A stretch of 64,000 bases of DNA from Candidatus Fermentibacterota bacterium (lineage in GTDB: Bacteria > Fermentibacterota > Fermentibacteria > Fermentibacterales > Fermentibacteraceae). The notes under the pieces are model-generated. The model ran no database searches and was not told the DNA's origin. It worked only from the letters and a program-made list of their open reading frames with translations. Shown in pieces: positions 19,334 through 29,423 of the stretch. The DNA lies in NCBI GenBank assembly GCA_963718745.1, contig OY970370.1, forward strand, positions 1,479,904 to 1,543,903, written 5' to 3'. The position numbers and the translations under genes are program-made. The stretch's first letter is position 1, and each line of letters opens with the position of its first letter.

Positions 19334-20034
19334 GATCCTCCCTCCAGCACGAGCATGTAGCCCAGACCCCGGACTGTCCTTACAAGGTCGGCGCCACCCT
19401 CCACGGCTGCCAGCTTGCGCCGCAGCCTCGATACGACGACATCCACGGATCTGTCGAAGGAGTCGAAGTCTATGCCACGGAGTTCCTCGACGAGTCTGGC
19501 CCTCTCCTGGACCCTTCCCGCCCTCCTCGCGAGCAGGACGAGCAGGTCGAACTCGGTCGTCGTCAGGGTCAGTTCGGTTCCCGACAGCCAGACCCTGCGG
19601 CTGGAGATGTCCAGCCTGAGGCCGCCCGTCAGGAGAGTCTCGGCCTCCGAGTCCCCCGCAGCACGCCGGAGGAGGGCCCTGATCCGCGCGAGCAGGACCC
19701 TGGGGGACACCGGCTTGGTTATGTAGTCGTCGGCTCCGAGCTCCAGACCGACCACCACGTCCGTCTCGTCGCCCAGCGCCGTGAGGAAGAGGACGGGTCC
19801 GCGCCAGGTCTTCCTTATCGACCTGCAGACGTCCAGCCCGCTGCCGTCCGGCAGCATTATGTCCAGGATGACCAGGTCCGGACTCCACCTGGAGACCGTC
19901 TGCTCTGCCCCTTCGGCGCGGGGGGACAGCCTCGTCTCCATGCCCTGACCGGTCAGGTACTCGGAGAGCAGGGAACCGAGTGCGGGATCGTCCTCTATAA
20001 CCAGTATCCGAGGAGCGGCCGGAGGCAGTCTCAT
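19330..20034 (-). CDS. OmpR-family response regulator
   Basis: REC domain (ILVIEDD...DLVILDIMLPDGSG) + winged-helix (VRTVRGLGYML). Confidence 0.85.
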   Translation of the reverse strand: MRLPPAAPRILVIEDDPALGSLLSEYLTGQGMETRLSPRAEGAEQTVSRWSPDLVILDIMLPDGSGLDVCRSIRKTWRGPVLFLTALGDETDVVVGLELGADDYITKPVSPRVLLARIRALLRRAAGDSEAETLLTGGLRLDISSRRVWLSGTELTLTTTEFDLLVLLARRAGRVQERARLVEELRGIDFDSFDRSVDVVVSRLRRKLAAVEGGADLVRTVRGLGYMLVLEGGS

Positions 20035-20115
20035 GCTTTCCCCGTTCGGATTGACGAAGACTCTGTCGATCGTATTCTATCGCCCGGAGACGATGGCACC
20101 AATACCGGAGGAGAG

Positions 20116-20664
20116 ATGACCACAATCCTTCTGATCCTTGCTGGCGCGCTGGCCCAGTCGAACAACACGGAGACCGCGCAGCCCTTTGTGCTCGAGCACC
20201 CCGGATTCGTGTTCGAGTGGCTCCCGCCTTCCATGCAGCCGCCTGTCGAAGGCACGCTCGACGAGGAGAGCGGAGCAGTCGCGAGCAGCCCATCCAGCGA
20301 CGGGACCGAGTACCGCCTCCACTACTGGCTGGAGGAGATACCTACCGAGGGCATGGAGGCCTGGCTGCTCCAGAGGCTCCAGTCGGAACTTCCTCCCGAT
20401 GTTCTCGAGGGGCTGGTCACGGGAGACGTGATCTGGACCGAAGGCGGGATGGAGAGCGGCGAGCGGGGCGGGAGATCGATCGGTCTCGTCGTGTCCGTGA
20501 ACTTCAACATCCTCACCGAAACCGGCAACATAAGGGGCCGCGGACGGGCGGTCGGCGTCTTCCGGAACGGATACTCGCTGCTCGTGTTCGGGATCGCCCC
20601 GTTCGAGTCCTCGGAGATACTGGGCTCCTCCGTGGACGCGATCATCTCCCACATGCACATCTAG
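20116..20664 (+). CDS. hypothetical secreted protein
   Basis: ATG after GGAGGAG; N-terminal signal-like MTTILLILAGALA; antisense ORF is R/G-rich and rejected. Confidence 0.45.
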   Translation: MTTILLILAGALAQSNNTETAQPFVLEHPGFVFEWLPPSMQPPVEGTLDEESGAVASSPSSDGTEYRLHYWLEEIPTEGMEAWLLQRLQSELPPDVLEGLVTGDVIWTEGGMESGERGGRSIGLVVSVNFNILTETGNIRGRGRAVGVFRNGYSLLVFGIAPFESSEILGSSVDAIISHMHI

Positions 20665-20839
20665 CGCGCGGCCGGACCTTCCCGGATCCTGCTCCGACCG
20701 GCAGCCCGGCTGCCGGTCGGAGCGTATTTCCTCCCTTTGGAGCCCGCCTGATCGCATCATCTGATGCAATCCCGCAGAGGCGATCGTTGACTTCCATCCA
20801 CTCCCCCGAGATTATCTGACCGGTACAGGCAGATCATCA

Positions 20840-22531
20840 GTGGAGGATGGTGGAAAAATGATCCTTTCATCTTCTCGGTTTCTTTTGCTTCCCGCCTTGT
20901 CGATTATCCTCTCGGGGGTGCCGGACGCTCAGCAGGACGGCGTGAGCGAGTCCTGGGTCGCCCGCTACAACGGTCCGGCTAACAATGAGGACGAGGCGAC
21001 CGCGATGGTCCTGGACGCCTCCGGCAACATCCTCGTGACGGGACACAGCATCGGCAGCGGGACCGGTATCGACTTCGCAACCGTCAAGTACAGCGCCGTC
21101 GGCGGCCAGATGTGGGTCGCCCGCTTCAACAGCACGGGCAACAGGGACGACCGCGCGGCTGCGATAGGGGTCGACGGCGCCGGCAATGTCTATGTGACCG
21201 GCTACATCGCGGGCGGAAGCATGGGTGACGACTACGTAACCGTCAAATACAACTCGTCCGGGGTCGAGCAGTGGATCAACGTGTACAACGGCCCCGGAAA
21301 CGGCAGCGACCGCGCCACGGCCATAGCGGTCGACGCCGCGGGGAATGCATTCGTGACCGGGTTCAGCTGGGGAGGCGCCGGCACGGGGACGGACTACGCG
21401 ACAATTATGTACAGCCCGACGGGCTCGGTGCAGTGGGTGACCCGCTACGGCTGCGTCGGGAACTACCCCGACACACCCTCTGCAATTGCGCTGGATGCCG
21501 CAGGCAACAGCTATGTGACCGGGATGAGCAGGTGGTACAGCTACAGCGGCATGCCCCCCTCGACCGGAGACTATGCAACCATCTGCTACAGCCCGGCCGG
21601 GGAGCAGCAGTGGGTGGCCCGTTACATGGGCACGGGCATCGGCGAGGACAATGCGCATGACATAGCCCTCGATGCCGGCGGGAGGGCGCATGTGACCGGA
21701 GAGGGCTTCTGCCTCGAAGGGAGCGAGAGTACCTTCGACTATGTGTCCATCGCCTACGACGACGGCGGAGACACTCAGTGGATGGCCATCTACGACGGAA
21801 CGAGGGACCAGGCCGTCGATCGCGCCTTCGCCCTGGCCGTCGACGCTGCCGGCAGCCTCCGTGTGACCGGGACCAGCGACGGCGCCTCATGGAGCCAGGA
21901 CTACGCCACGATCAGATACAACTCGGCCGGCTCGCAGCAGTGGGCAGCGAGATACGACGGAACCGGCAGCGGTTCTGACGAGGCGCTCGACATAGCGCTC
22001 GACGCCGCCGGGAATGCCTATGTGACCGGGAGGAGCCAGGGGATCGGCACCAGCAATGACTACGCCACCCTGATGTACGATCCCGCCGGCGCGGTGCAGT
22101 GGGTTGCCAGGTATGACGGTCCGGAGCATGCGGAGGATTGTGCGGTCGCTCTTGCCGCCGGCATACCGGGGATCGTCTACGTGACCGGGTACAGCCCGGG
22201 CATCGGCACCGGAGCTGACTACACCACGATCAAGTACGTGCAGACGACCGGCATCGAAGAGGAGCAGGGGGCGCCGTTCGGGCTCGAAGTCTCCCCCAAT
22301 CCGGCGTTCTCGAATGCTACGATAGCGTTGGAGTTGCCGGAACCCTCCCACTGCTCGATCCTGGTCTACAGCCTCGATGGAAGGCTGGTGGAGACGCTCC
22401 ACGACGGCGAAGCCCCTGCAGGGGCGTCTTCGTTCGGCTGGAGTGCGGCGGGCTTCCCGGAAGGCGTCTACTTCGTCCGGGCCAGGGCCGGGAACAGTGA
22501 GGAGACCGCCCGGGTGGTGCTCGTCCGGTAG
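20840..22531 (+). CDS. SBBP beta-propeller-repeat protein with T9SS C-terminal sorting domain
   Basis: ~9 repeats of GN.YVTG.S...DY.T.KY...G..QWVARYNGPGN..D.A.A; CTD LVYSLDGRLVETL...GVYFVRA. Confidence 0.75.
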   Translation: MEDGGKMILSSSRFLLLPALSIILSGVPDAQQDGVSESWVARYNGPANNEDEATAMVLDASGNILVTGHSIGSGTGIDFATVKYSAVGGQMWVARFNSTGNRDDRAAAIGVDGAGNVYVTGYIAGGSMGDDYVTVKYNSSGVEQWINVYNGPGNGSDRATAIAVDAAGNAFVTGFSWGGAGTGTDYATIMYSPTGSVQWVTRYGCVGNYPDTPSAIALDAAGNSYVTGMSRWYSYSGMPPSTGDYATICYSPAGEQQWVARYMGTGIGEDNAHDIALDAGGRAHVTGEGFCLEGSESTFDYVSIAYDDGGDTQWMAIYDGTRDQAVDRAFALAVDAAGSLRVTGTSDGASWSQDYATIRYNSAGSQQWAARYDGTGSGSDEALDIALDAAGNAYVTGRSQGIGTSNDYATLMYDPAGAVQWVARYDGPEHAEDCAVALAAGIPGIVYVTGYSPGIGTGADYTTIKYVQTTGIEEEQGAPFGLEVSPNPAFSNATIALELPEPSHCSILVYSLDGRLVETLHDGEAPAGASSFGWSAAGFPEGVYFVRARAGNSEETARVVLVR

Positions 22532-22551
22532 CGGTCCTGAGGGGGGATCTG

Positions 22552-22875
22552 ATGGCCGGGAGGAAGTCCTTTTCCTGCAGCCAGTGCGGCGGTCCGGACC
22601 TGGAGCGGTCGGGGGAGGGCAAGCTGCGCTGCTCCTACTGTGGCAGCCTCTACGGCTACAGCGTCAGAGGCCCGGCTGTGGTCATCCGGAAGGGTGCAAG
22701 CGTCGTCTTCGGCAGGAATGCAAAAGTGGTGATCAGGGGCGGTCTGGAGATAGAGGACGAGGCCGATGTACGGATGGACGGAGAGATAACCCTCCTCGAG
22801 CGGGCCCCGGAGGAGGACGTCACCGCGGCCAGACTGCGGCTCCTGGAGAGTGGGCGGGCGGACGGGGAATCCTGA
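22552..22875 (+). CDS. hypothetical zinc-ribbon protein (CxxC...CxxC)
   Basis: CSQCGG ... CSYCGS N-terminal pair. Confidence 0.4.
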   Translation: MAGRKSFSCSQCGGPDLERSGEGKLRCSYCGSLYGYSVRGPAVVIRKGASVVFGRNAKVVIRGGLEIEDEADVRMDGEITLLERAPEEDVTAARLRLLESGRADGES

Positions 22876-22918
22876 ACCGCCGGCTGCATGGGAATGGGTG
22901 AAGAGGAGAGCTGAAGCG

Positions 22919-23707
22919 ATGAAGGTTGTCGATCTCCCCGAGGACAGGAAGGATCTGTTCTGCCTCTGTCTCGAGGACTGGTCGGAGGAAGCCAGGGAAG
23001 CCGGCCCGCGGCGCCGCCAGTGGCTCGACCGCGGTCGCAGTCGTCTCGGGCTGCGAGCCATGCTCGCCATCGACGACTCGGGTATCGAGGGGGGGATGAT
23101 CCAGTACGGACCCATCGAGCACTCGCACGTCCATGGATCGGGCCTCTACTTCATCTACTGCATCCATGTGCACGGCTACAGACAGGGCCGGGGCGACTTC
23201 CGGAAGCGTGGGATGGGCGAGGCCCTGCTGGCGGCCGCCGAGGAGGACGCGCGCGGTCTGGGGGCGGGCGGCATGGCCGCATGGGGTGTCTCCCTGCCTT
23301 TCTGGATGAAGGCCTCGTGGTTCCGGAAGCATGGCTACCGGAAGGCTGACCGCCGGGGCATCTCGGTACTGCTCTGGAAGCCCTTTACGGACGGCGCAGA
23401 ACCTCCTCGATGGATTCCGAAGGCTTCGAAGCGCCCTGATCCCATCCCCGGGAAGGTCGTCGTCACTGCGTTCTCCAGCGGGTGGTGCATGGCGCAGAAC
23501 CTCGTCCTGGAGCGCGCCCGGCGTGCTGCTGCCGAGTTCGGCGACAAGGTCGCCTTCTGCGAGATCGACACGTCTTCGAGGGATGCCGTAGCCCTGTGGG
23601 GCATCTCCGACGCCGTCCTGGTGGATGGCAGGAATCTGCAGAAGGGCCCGCCGCCCAGCTACGAAGCGATCCGCAAGGCGATTGCACGGCGCGTCGCCAG
23701 GCTGTAG
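22919..23707 (+). CDS. GNAT-like acetyltransferase fused to thioredoxin-like C-terminal domain
   Basis: central ...GYRQGRGDFRKRGMGEALL GNAT motif-A-like; C-terminus VVVTAFSSGWCMAQN...ISDAVLVDG thioredoxin-fold-like; start at ATG 22919 after GAGGAGAG. Confidence 0.45.
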   Translation: MKVVDLPEDRKDLFCLCLEDWSEEAREAGPRRRQWLDRGRSRLGLRAMLAIDDSGIEGGMIQYGPIEHSHVHGSGLYFIYCIHVHGYRQGRGDFRKRGMGEALLAAAEEDARGLGAGGMAAWGVSLPFWMKASWFRKHGYRKADRRGISVLLWKPFTDGAEPPRWIPKASKRPDPIPGKVVVTAFSSGWCMAQNLVLERARRAAAEFGDKVAFCEIDTSSRDAVALWGISDAVLVDGRNLQKGPPPSYEAIRKAIARRVARL

Positions 23708-23923
23708 CCGTCCGTCCGGTTCCCATTGTAGGAGAACGCAACCCCGTTTGCAGTATCCATGCAGTTTGAACGTGACCGTGTCTTCCTGTGGTCCAGTCGA
23801 CCGGAGGAGCAGCAGATGGAAGCGCTGCAGGGTCGACCGATGCACTGGGGTCTGGTTGCCGGCACAAGTTGACATACTTCATCCACAGGGTGATTTTCAA
23901 TAGGAAAACACCGGAGGGGGGAC

Positions 23924-25132
23924 ATGAACGGACGGGGCATCGGGGTATTGCCGAAGATCGTTCTGTTATTTGTCATGGCGGGGACCGTCCATGCGCAGAC
24001 CGACGGCTCGATAGTCGCCTGGGGGAGCAACGGGTCCGGCCAGTGCGACGTTCCGCCGCCCAACGAGGGATTTGTCGACGTCTCCGCGGGATACTCCTTC
24101 ACGGTCGCCCTGAAGGATGACGGCACGGCGGTGGCCTGGGGCAGCAACAGCTTGGGCCAGTGCGACGTACCATTTCCGAACAACGGTTTTGTCGAACTGT
24201 CCTGTGGCGCTTTCCACACCCTGGCACTGAAGGCGGACAGCTCCATCGTCGCCTGGGGGTTCAATTCGAGCGGCCAGTGCAACATCCCGCTCCCGAACAG
24301 TGATTTCATCGCCGTGGCCGGAGGTGAGCAGTACAGCATGGCGCTCAGGGCCGACGGCACAATTGAGGCCTGGGGATCGAACAGTCATGGACAGCTGAAC
24401 ATACCCTCTCCCAACCAGGACTTCGTTGCCATTGCAGCCGGGATCAATCACTCCATGGGCCTGAAGGCGGACGGCTCCATCGTATGCTGGGGTAACAACA
24501 ACTACTACCAGTGCATGGTCCCCGACCCCAACACCGGTTTCGTCGCGATGGCCGCCGGAGGCAACCACAGCCTCGGCCTGAAGGCGGACAGCACCGTTAT
24601 TGCCTGGGGCAGCAACCAGTCCGGGGCTTGCGAAGTACCCGCCCCGAACCAGGATTTCACTGCTATCGACGCTGGAATCGGCCACAGTCTGGGCCTCAAG
24701 GCTGACGGGTCCATCGTGGCGTGGGGTTGGGACGAGTACGGCCAGAGCACCGTTCCCCAGCCAAGTCAGGATTTCACCGCGGTGGCAGCGGGCAGCACCC
24801 ACAGCCTTGGCCTGCACATATTCGAAACAGGAATAGAGGAAACCTCTCCCGGCATGACCGATCTTGCGATTCTCTCCGTTGCCCCGAATCCCTGCTGCCG
24901 CACCGCCTCGCTGATGCTCCGGATGCAGCAGCCCGGCAGCCTCCTGCTGGAGGTCTTCGACATGTCCGGAAGGCTCGTGGAGGAATCCGATCTCGGGGCA
25001 TTCCCCGCAGGCACTCACTCCTTGATGTGGACGGGAGTGGATGTCGGCGGCAGGCCCCTGTCACACGGCGTCTACATAATCCGCATCTCGTCGTCATCGC
25101 GGAGCGCAGCCGCCAGGGTGATGCTGCTGTAG
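23924..25132 (+). CDS. RCC1-repeat beta-propeller protein with T9SS C-terminal sorting domain
   Basis: 7 repeats G(S/T)IVAWG.N..GQC.VP.PN..F; CTD LEVFDMSGRLVE...GVYIIRI. Confidence 0.75.
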   Translation: MNGRGIGVLPKIVLLFVMAGTVHAQTDGSIVAWGSNGSGQCDVPPPNEGFVDVSAGYSFTVALKDDGTAVAWGSNSLGQCDVPFPNNGFVELSCGAFHTLALKADSSIVAWGFNSSGQCNIPLPNSDFIAVAGGEQYSMALRADGTIEAWGSNSHGQLNIPSPNQDFVAIAAGINHSMGLKADGSIVCWGNNNYYQCMVPDPNTGFVAMAAGGNHSLGLKADSTVIAWGSNQSGACEVPAPNQDFTAIDAGIGHSLGLKADGSIVAWGWDEYGQSTVPQPSQDFTAVAAGSTHSLGLHIFETGIEETSPGMTDLAILSVAPNPCCRTASLMLRMQQPGSLLLEVFDMSGRLVEESDLGAFPAGTHSLMWTGVDVGGRPLSHGVYIIRISSSSRSAAARVMLL

Positions 25133-25281
25133 CAGCCGGGACATCCGAACCTGCCTGGAAAGACCCGGGCAGCAATCCTCATCGAACAATGCCCGTTCGG
25201 CACGGGTGGGATGGGGAGTCAGCCTACAAATCCGGTATCACGCAACCCCCCTGAGATCCCGGATCGCCCCGGGCGTCACGC

Positions 25282-26457
25282 TCAGGCGGCTGACGGGAAC
25301 CAGCCGCGGGTCTTCAGGCAGATCTTCACGAGCATCAGCATCACGGGCACCTCGATGAGCACGCCGACCACGGTCGCAAGCGCTGCCCCGGAGGAGAGCC
25401 CGAACAGCATCGTCGCCGTCGCGATGGCCACCTCGAAGTGGTTCGAGGCTCCGATCATGGCCGCCGGTGCGGCGTCCTCGTACCGCAGTCTCAGCAGTCT
25501 GGCAAGCCAGTATCCGAGCCAGAAGATCAGGTTGGTCTGGATGAAGAGCGGGATGGCGATCCAGAGGATCGTCAGGGGATTGGACAGGATGGTCTCCCCC
25601 TTGAAGCTGAAGAGCAGCACCAGGGTGGTCAGCAGGGCGACTATCGTGACGGGGGTGAGGGTGTGCAGGAACTTATCCCGGAACCACTGTTCGCCCTTCG
25701 AACGGATGATCCACCTGCGCGAAAGGTATCCGGCAACCAGTGGCAGGGCGACGTAGATGGCGATCGACAGCACCAGTGCCTGCCACGGGACGGGGAGTCT
25801 GCCGACACCCAGCAGGAACCCGCCGAGCAGGCCGTACAGGACCAGCATGGAGAGAGAGTTGATGGCTACCATCACAAGCGTCAGCCCGTCGTTCCCGCGG
25901 GCCAGGTAGCCCCAGACCAGGACCATCGCCGTGCACGGGGCGATCCCCAGCAGGATGCAGCCGGCGAAGTAGCTCCTCCAGAGAGGCACCTGGAGCATCT
26001 TCACGCCGTCCTGCATGACTACGGTCCCGGCCCCGTGAGTCGCGCCGACGGGGAGATCCAGCCCGAAGGGCATCTTGACGAGATCGATGGCGTCAGGGCC
26101 GATGAATCCCCTGAACAGGATGCCGAGGAACAGGGCGGCGATCGCGTACATGGTGAAAGGCTTGATGGCCCAGTTCACGAACAGCGTAAGCCATACCGGT
26201 CTGCCGCTTCTTCCAGCCTGGACGACCGAGGCGAAGTCGATCTTCACCATGATGGGATACATCATGAAGAAGAGACAGATGGCTATCGGTATGGATACGA
26301 CCGGGGCGCCGTTCACGAAGATCGAGAGCCCGTCGAGCCTCGAAGCCAGTGTCGGCGCAAGCTTGCCGAGGAGGATGCCGCCGCCTATGCAGAGCAGGAC
26401 CCACAACGTCAGGTTCCGCTCGAAGCCGCTTATCCTGCGGGAGGTTTCCACACCCAT
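25282..26457 (-). CDS. acr3: arsenite efflux transporter ACR3 family
   Basis: 10-TM BART-superfamily protein with [18 protein letters not shown] motif typical of Acr3; start at ATG 26457. Confidence 0.8.
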   Translation of the reverse strand: MGVETSRRISGFERNLTLWVLLCIGGGILLGKLAPTLASRLDGLSIFVNGAPVVSIPIAICLFFMMYPIMVKIDFASVVQAGRSGRPVWLTLFVNWAIKPFTMYAIAALFLGILFRGFIGPDAIDLVKMPFGLDLPVGATHGAGTVVMQDGVKMLQVPLWRSYFAGCILLGIAPCTAMVLVWGYLARGNDGLTLVMVAINSLSMLVLYGLLGGFLLGVGRLPVPWQALVLSIAIYVALPLVAGYLSRRWIIRSKGEQWFRDKFLHTLTPVTIVALLTTLVLLFSFKGETILSNPLTILWIAIPLFIQTNLIFWLGYWLARLLRLRYEDAAPAAMIGASNHFEVAIATATMLFGLSSGAALATVVGVLIEVPVMLMLVKICLKTRGWFPSAA

Positions 26458-26480
26458 TCCCCGACACCGCCTTTCAACCA

Positions 26481-26507
26481 AGATCGGTTTTAACTATTGA
26501 TCCTAAC
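26481..26507 (+). repeat. AT-rich 27-bp palindromic repeat (A/G)GATCGGTTTTAACTATTGATCCTAAC, copy 1
   Basis: identical to copy at 54461 and inverted (1 mismatch) at 26693. Confidence 0.7.
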
Positions 26508-26692
26508 TTTTCCCGTACGAATCCAGCCAGCATTTCCCATGCACTCGAAACGGCCTCGCTTCCTCGCCGCTGCCCTTCGCCAGGTCACGGTGCTCAGGAT
26601 CAGTGCTTCATGCGCTTGAACCGTTGCGGGACAGCGCATCGGACTTCATCTGAGAACGGCTCTGAGTGATGAGCCGGGGCATCCGTCAGATA

Positions 26693-26719
26693 GTTAGGAT
26701 CAGTAGTTAAAACCGATCC
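26693..26719 (-). repeat. AT-rich 27-bp palindromic repeat, copy 2 (inverted; CTACTGATCC variant)
   Basis: reverse complement of copy 1 with 1 mismatch; the pair flanks ~185 bp between ccdA stop and acr3 start. Confidence 0.7.
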
Positions 26720-26725
26720 TGACAG

Positions 26726-27424
26726 TCAGACCGCCTTGCGAAGAAGATAGATGCCCGCCAGGATCACGAGCGCCCCGGCGATACGCCTCAGGATCAGTAG
26801 AGCCTTTGACTTCTCGTTCCAGTTCAGGAGCCTGCAGACTGATCCGGAGAAGGTCCCTGCGAGCAGTATGACACCGCAGTGCCCTGCGATGAAGGCCCCC
26901 ATCATCCCTGCTGCGAATACGGGCCGGGCTGCCTGCGCCGCCAGGATCACGCCGAGGAGCGGAGCGATGAAGGCGAATGTGCAGGGGCCGGCGGCTGCGC
27001 CGAAGACGAGCCCGCATATGGCGGCTCCTGCGAGCCCGGACCTCCTCCCCGGCATCGAGAGTGCCGGGACGGGGATGGTGAAGACCTCCATGAGATTGAG
27101 GCCGAACAGGATCATCAGTACAGAAAGGATGATCCCGCCGGTGCGGCCGATGTCTCCCGCTATCCTGCCTGCACCGAGGGTTATGACCCCAAGTGAGGCA
27201 ACCGCCAGGAAGACTCCCCCGGCGAAGGCTGCCGAGATCCGGAAGGCCTTCTTCGTCGATGTCCCCGGGTCCCTGGATATGTACCCCACCAGCAGGGGTA
27301 TGCTGGCGAGGTGGCACGGGCTGAGGATGATGCTCAGGATGCCCCAGAGAAGTGCTGCGGCGAGTCCGACGGCCGGGGCGGAGCTTTCGACGGCCCTTCC
27401 CAGACCGGTCAGGAATTCACTCAC
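26726..27424 (-). CDS. ccdA: cytochrome c biogenesis / thiol-disulfide transporter CcdA (DsbD TM-domain family)
   Basis: 6-TM protein with SPCHLASIPLL and second TM Cys (AAGPCTF). Confidence 0.75.
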   Translation of the reverse strand: MSEFLTGLGRAVESSAPAVGLAAALLWGILSIILSPCHLASIPLLVGYISRDPGTSTKKAFRISAAFAGGVFLAVASLGVITLGAGRIAGDIGRTGGIILSVLMILFGLNLMEVFTIPVPALSMPGRRSGLAGAAICGLVFGAAAGPCTFAFIAPLLGVILAAQAARPVFAAGMMGAFIAGHCGVILLAGTFSGSVCRLLNWNEKSKALLILRRIAGALVILAGIYLLRKAV

Positions 27425-27836
27425 CGGGCTCCTCCGGGATCACATCGTATCCCAGCTCGACCCACTTTGCGACCATGTCCTCGGCCGAAACGACACCCTC
27501 GTGTCTCCACAGCTCGATTCCGGTCTCGGACAGGAAGATCTGCGTCGGGATCACCCTGATGCCGTAGGTGCTCGCCGCAGCCTGGTTCTCGTTCACATCG
27601 ATGAAGGAGATATCGAGGCTCCCCTGCGTCATGTCCTCGAGACGATCGAGCTCGGTCATCATGGTCTGGCACGGGATGCACATCTGCGAACCGAGGTCTA
27701 TCACCCTCGGCAGCGAGGTGGTCGATGTCGAATCCGGAGCCTGGACCGGATCGCCCCCCTTGTCCCGGGTAAGTACCGCTGCGGCCGCTATGCCGGCTAC
27801 GGCTGCGATTATCGCAATCCTCCCAAGTGTCTTCAT
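27419..27836 (-). CDS. membrane-anchored thioredoxin-fold protein (CIPC active site)
   Basis: N-terminal TM MKTLGRIAIIAAVAGIAAAAV then Trx fold with C-I-P-C; ATGA overlap with ccdA start. Confidence 0.65.
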
Positions 27837-27853
27837 CGGTGTGATCTCCAGCT

Positions 27854-28108
27854 TCAGTTGAGCTTCTGTTTGTTTCCCGTCAGGATGTCCACGATCTCGT
27901 CGACACCCGGGACTCTGCCCATGACACTGACGACACCGTCCACCACTAGCGCCGGAGTCATCATCACGCCGAACTTCATGATCTCCATGATGTCGGTGAC
28001 CTTCTCGACCCTGACGTCCGCGAGCCCTGTCCTCTCGACGGCCTGATGCACGTGCTCCGAGAGCTTCACGCACTTCGGGCATCCTGTCCCCAGCACCTGG
28101 ACGAGCAT
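27854..28108 (-). CDS. redox-active disulfide protein 2 (small thioredoxin-like, TIGR00412 type)
   Basis: MLVQVLGTGCPKCVKL...VTDIMEIMKFGVMMTPALVVDG matches the ~80-aa GCPKC family. Confidence 0.75.
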   Translation of the reverse strand: MLVQVLGTGCPKCVKLSEHVHQAVERTGLADVRVEKVTDIMEIMKFGVMMTPALVVDGVVSVMGRVPGVDEIVDILTGNKQKLN

Positions 28109-28127
28109 CTTCCTGCCTCCGGTCCGG

Positions 28128-29423
28128 TCAGCCGGCAAAGGAGCCGAACACGAACCCGGTTAGAGTTGCGAGAACGATTACGAGCAGCACGAATACCGCG
28201 GTCTTCCTGGTCCCCATGATGCTCTTCAGGACCAGCATGCTGGGCAGTGAGAGCGCCGGGCCGGCCAGGAGCAGCGCAAGGGCCGGTCCGCTGCCCATGC
28301 CGGAGCCTATGAGCCCCTGGAGTATGGGGACCTCCGTCAGGGTAGCGAAGTACATCAGCGCGCCGGAGAAGGATGCGAAGAGATTGGCGAGGATGGAGTT
28401 CCCTCCGACCGCTCCGGCGATCCAGCCCGAGGGGATCATCGCCTCGTGTCCGGGCCTGCCCAGGAGGAAGCCCGCGACCAGGACACCGCCCAGGAGGAGA
28501 GGGATGATCTGTCGCGCGAAGCCGACCGTGGCGTCGAACCATTCCCTGAGCTGGGGTCCGCCCCGGGCGGAGATGGCGCCGACTGCGACGATACCGGCCG
28601 AAAAGGCATAGACCGGGTGCCCTGGCCAGATCACCGCAAGCGTCCCGACAGGGATGCTTCCGAGCAGCACCTTCCTCCAGCCCACCTTGAAATCGAGCAC
28701 CAGCATGAGCGCCAGGAGGATGGCGAAGGCCGATGTGATCTGCCACTTGATGCCTGCGATGAACGCCCACAGGGGAGCAGCTCCCTCGGGGCTGCCCCAG
28801 TTGGCGAAGACCAGGATCCCGACCATCGAGGCGAAGTACAGGACGGTTCTCCACAGAGGGCGCTGAGGCTCGGCTGGTCCCGTCGCAATGGCCGTCCTCG
28901 CGATCTCGGACTTCGACTTCCTGAAGAAGAGGCTCATGAGCAGGCCGATCACTATGCTGAAGACAACCGCCCCGACGGCCCTGGCGATTCCTATCTCGAG
29001 CCCGAGCACCCTGGCCGTCATCACGATGGCCAGGATGTTGATGGCGGGGCCGCTGTACAGGAAGGCCGTGGCGGGGCCGAGTCCGGCACCCATCGTATAG
29101 ATGCCCGCGAAGATGGGCAGTACGGTGCAGGAGCAGACCGCCAGGATCGTACCGGACACCGAGGCGACTCCATAGGCCTTCATCCTGTTTGCCCCCGGAC
29201 CGAGGTACTTGAGGACCGAGTCCTTGTTGAGGAAGACTCCGATCGCTCCTGCGATGAATAGGGCCGGCACGAGGCAGAGCAGAACGTGGAGTCTCGCGTA
29301 CTCGTTGAGCATGTAGAAGGCCTCGAGCACCGCGCCCTCGAATCTGGCGGAACCGGCGGGTATGAACCATGCCGCGAGGAGAACTGCGGCAAGGAGCAGC
29401 AGGGTCCGGGTCGTCGAGGTCAT
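28128..29423 (-). CDS. permease of DUF318/ArsP family (vicinal-Cys CSC motif)
   Basis: multi-TM; AVCSCTVLP resembles ArsP TPFcSCS motif; ATG overlaps arsR stop (ATGA). Confidence 0.65.
   Translation of the reverse strand: MTSTTRTLLLLAAVLLAAWFIPAGSARFEGAVLEAFYMLNEYARLHVLLCLVPALFIAGAIGVFLNKDSVLKYLGPGANRMKAYGVASVSGTILAVCSCTVLPIFAGIYTMGAGLGPATAFLYSGPAINILAIVMTARVLGLEIGIARAVGAVVFSIVIGLLMSLFFRKSKSEIARTAIATGPAEPQRPLWRTVLYFASMVGILVFANWGSPEGAAPLWAFIAGIKWQITSAFAILLALMLVLDFKVGWRKVLLGSIPVGTLAVIWPGHPVYAFSAGIVAVGAISARGGPQLREWFDATVGFARQIIPLLLGGVLVAGFLLGRPGHEAMIPSGWIAGAVGGNSILANLFASFSGALMYFATLTEVPILQGLIGSGMGSGPALALLLAGPALSLPSMLVLKSIMGTRKTAVFVLLVIVLATLTGFVFGSFAG

Noticed and set aside
18092-20293. 733-aa ORF spanning both the histidine kinase and response regulator regions
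   Set aside because: Only the downstream 413 codons (from TTG at 19333 after GGAGGGAGG) form the kinase. The upstream part is an open antisense or alternate frame across the separately encoded OmpR-type regulator (19330-20034).
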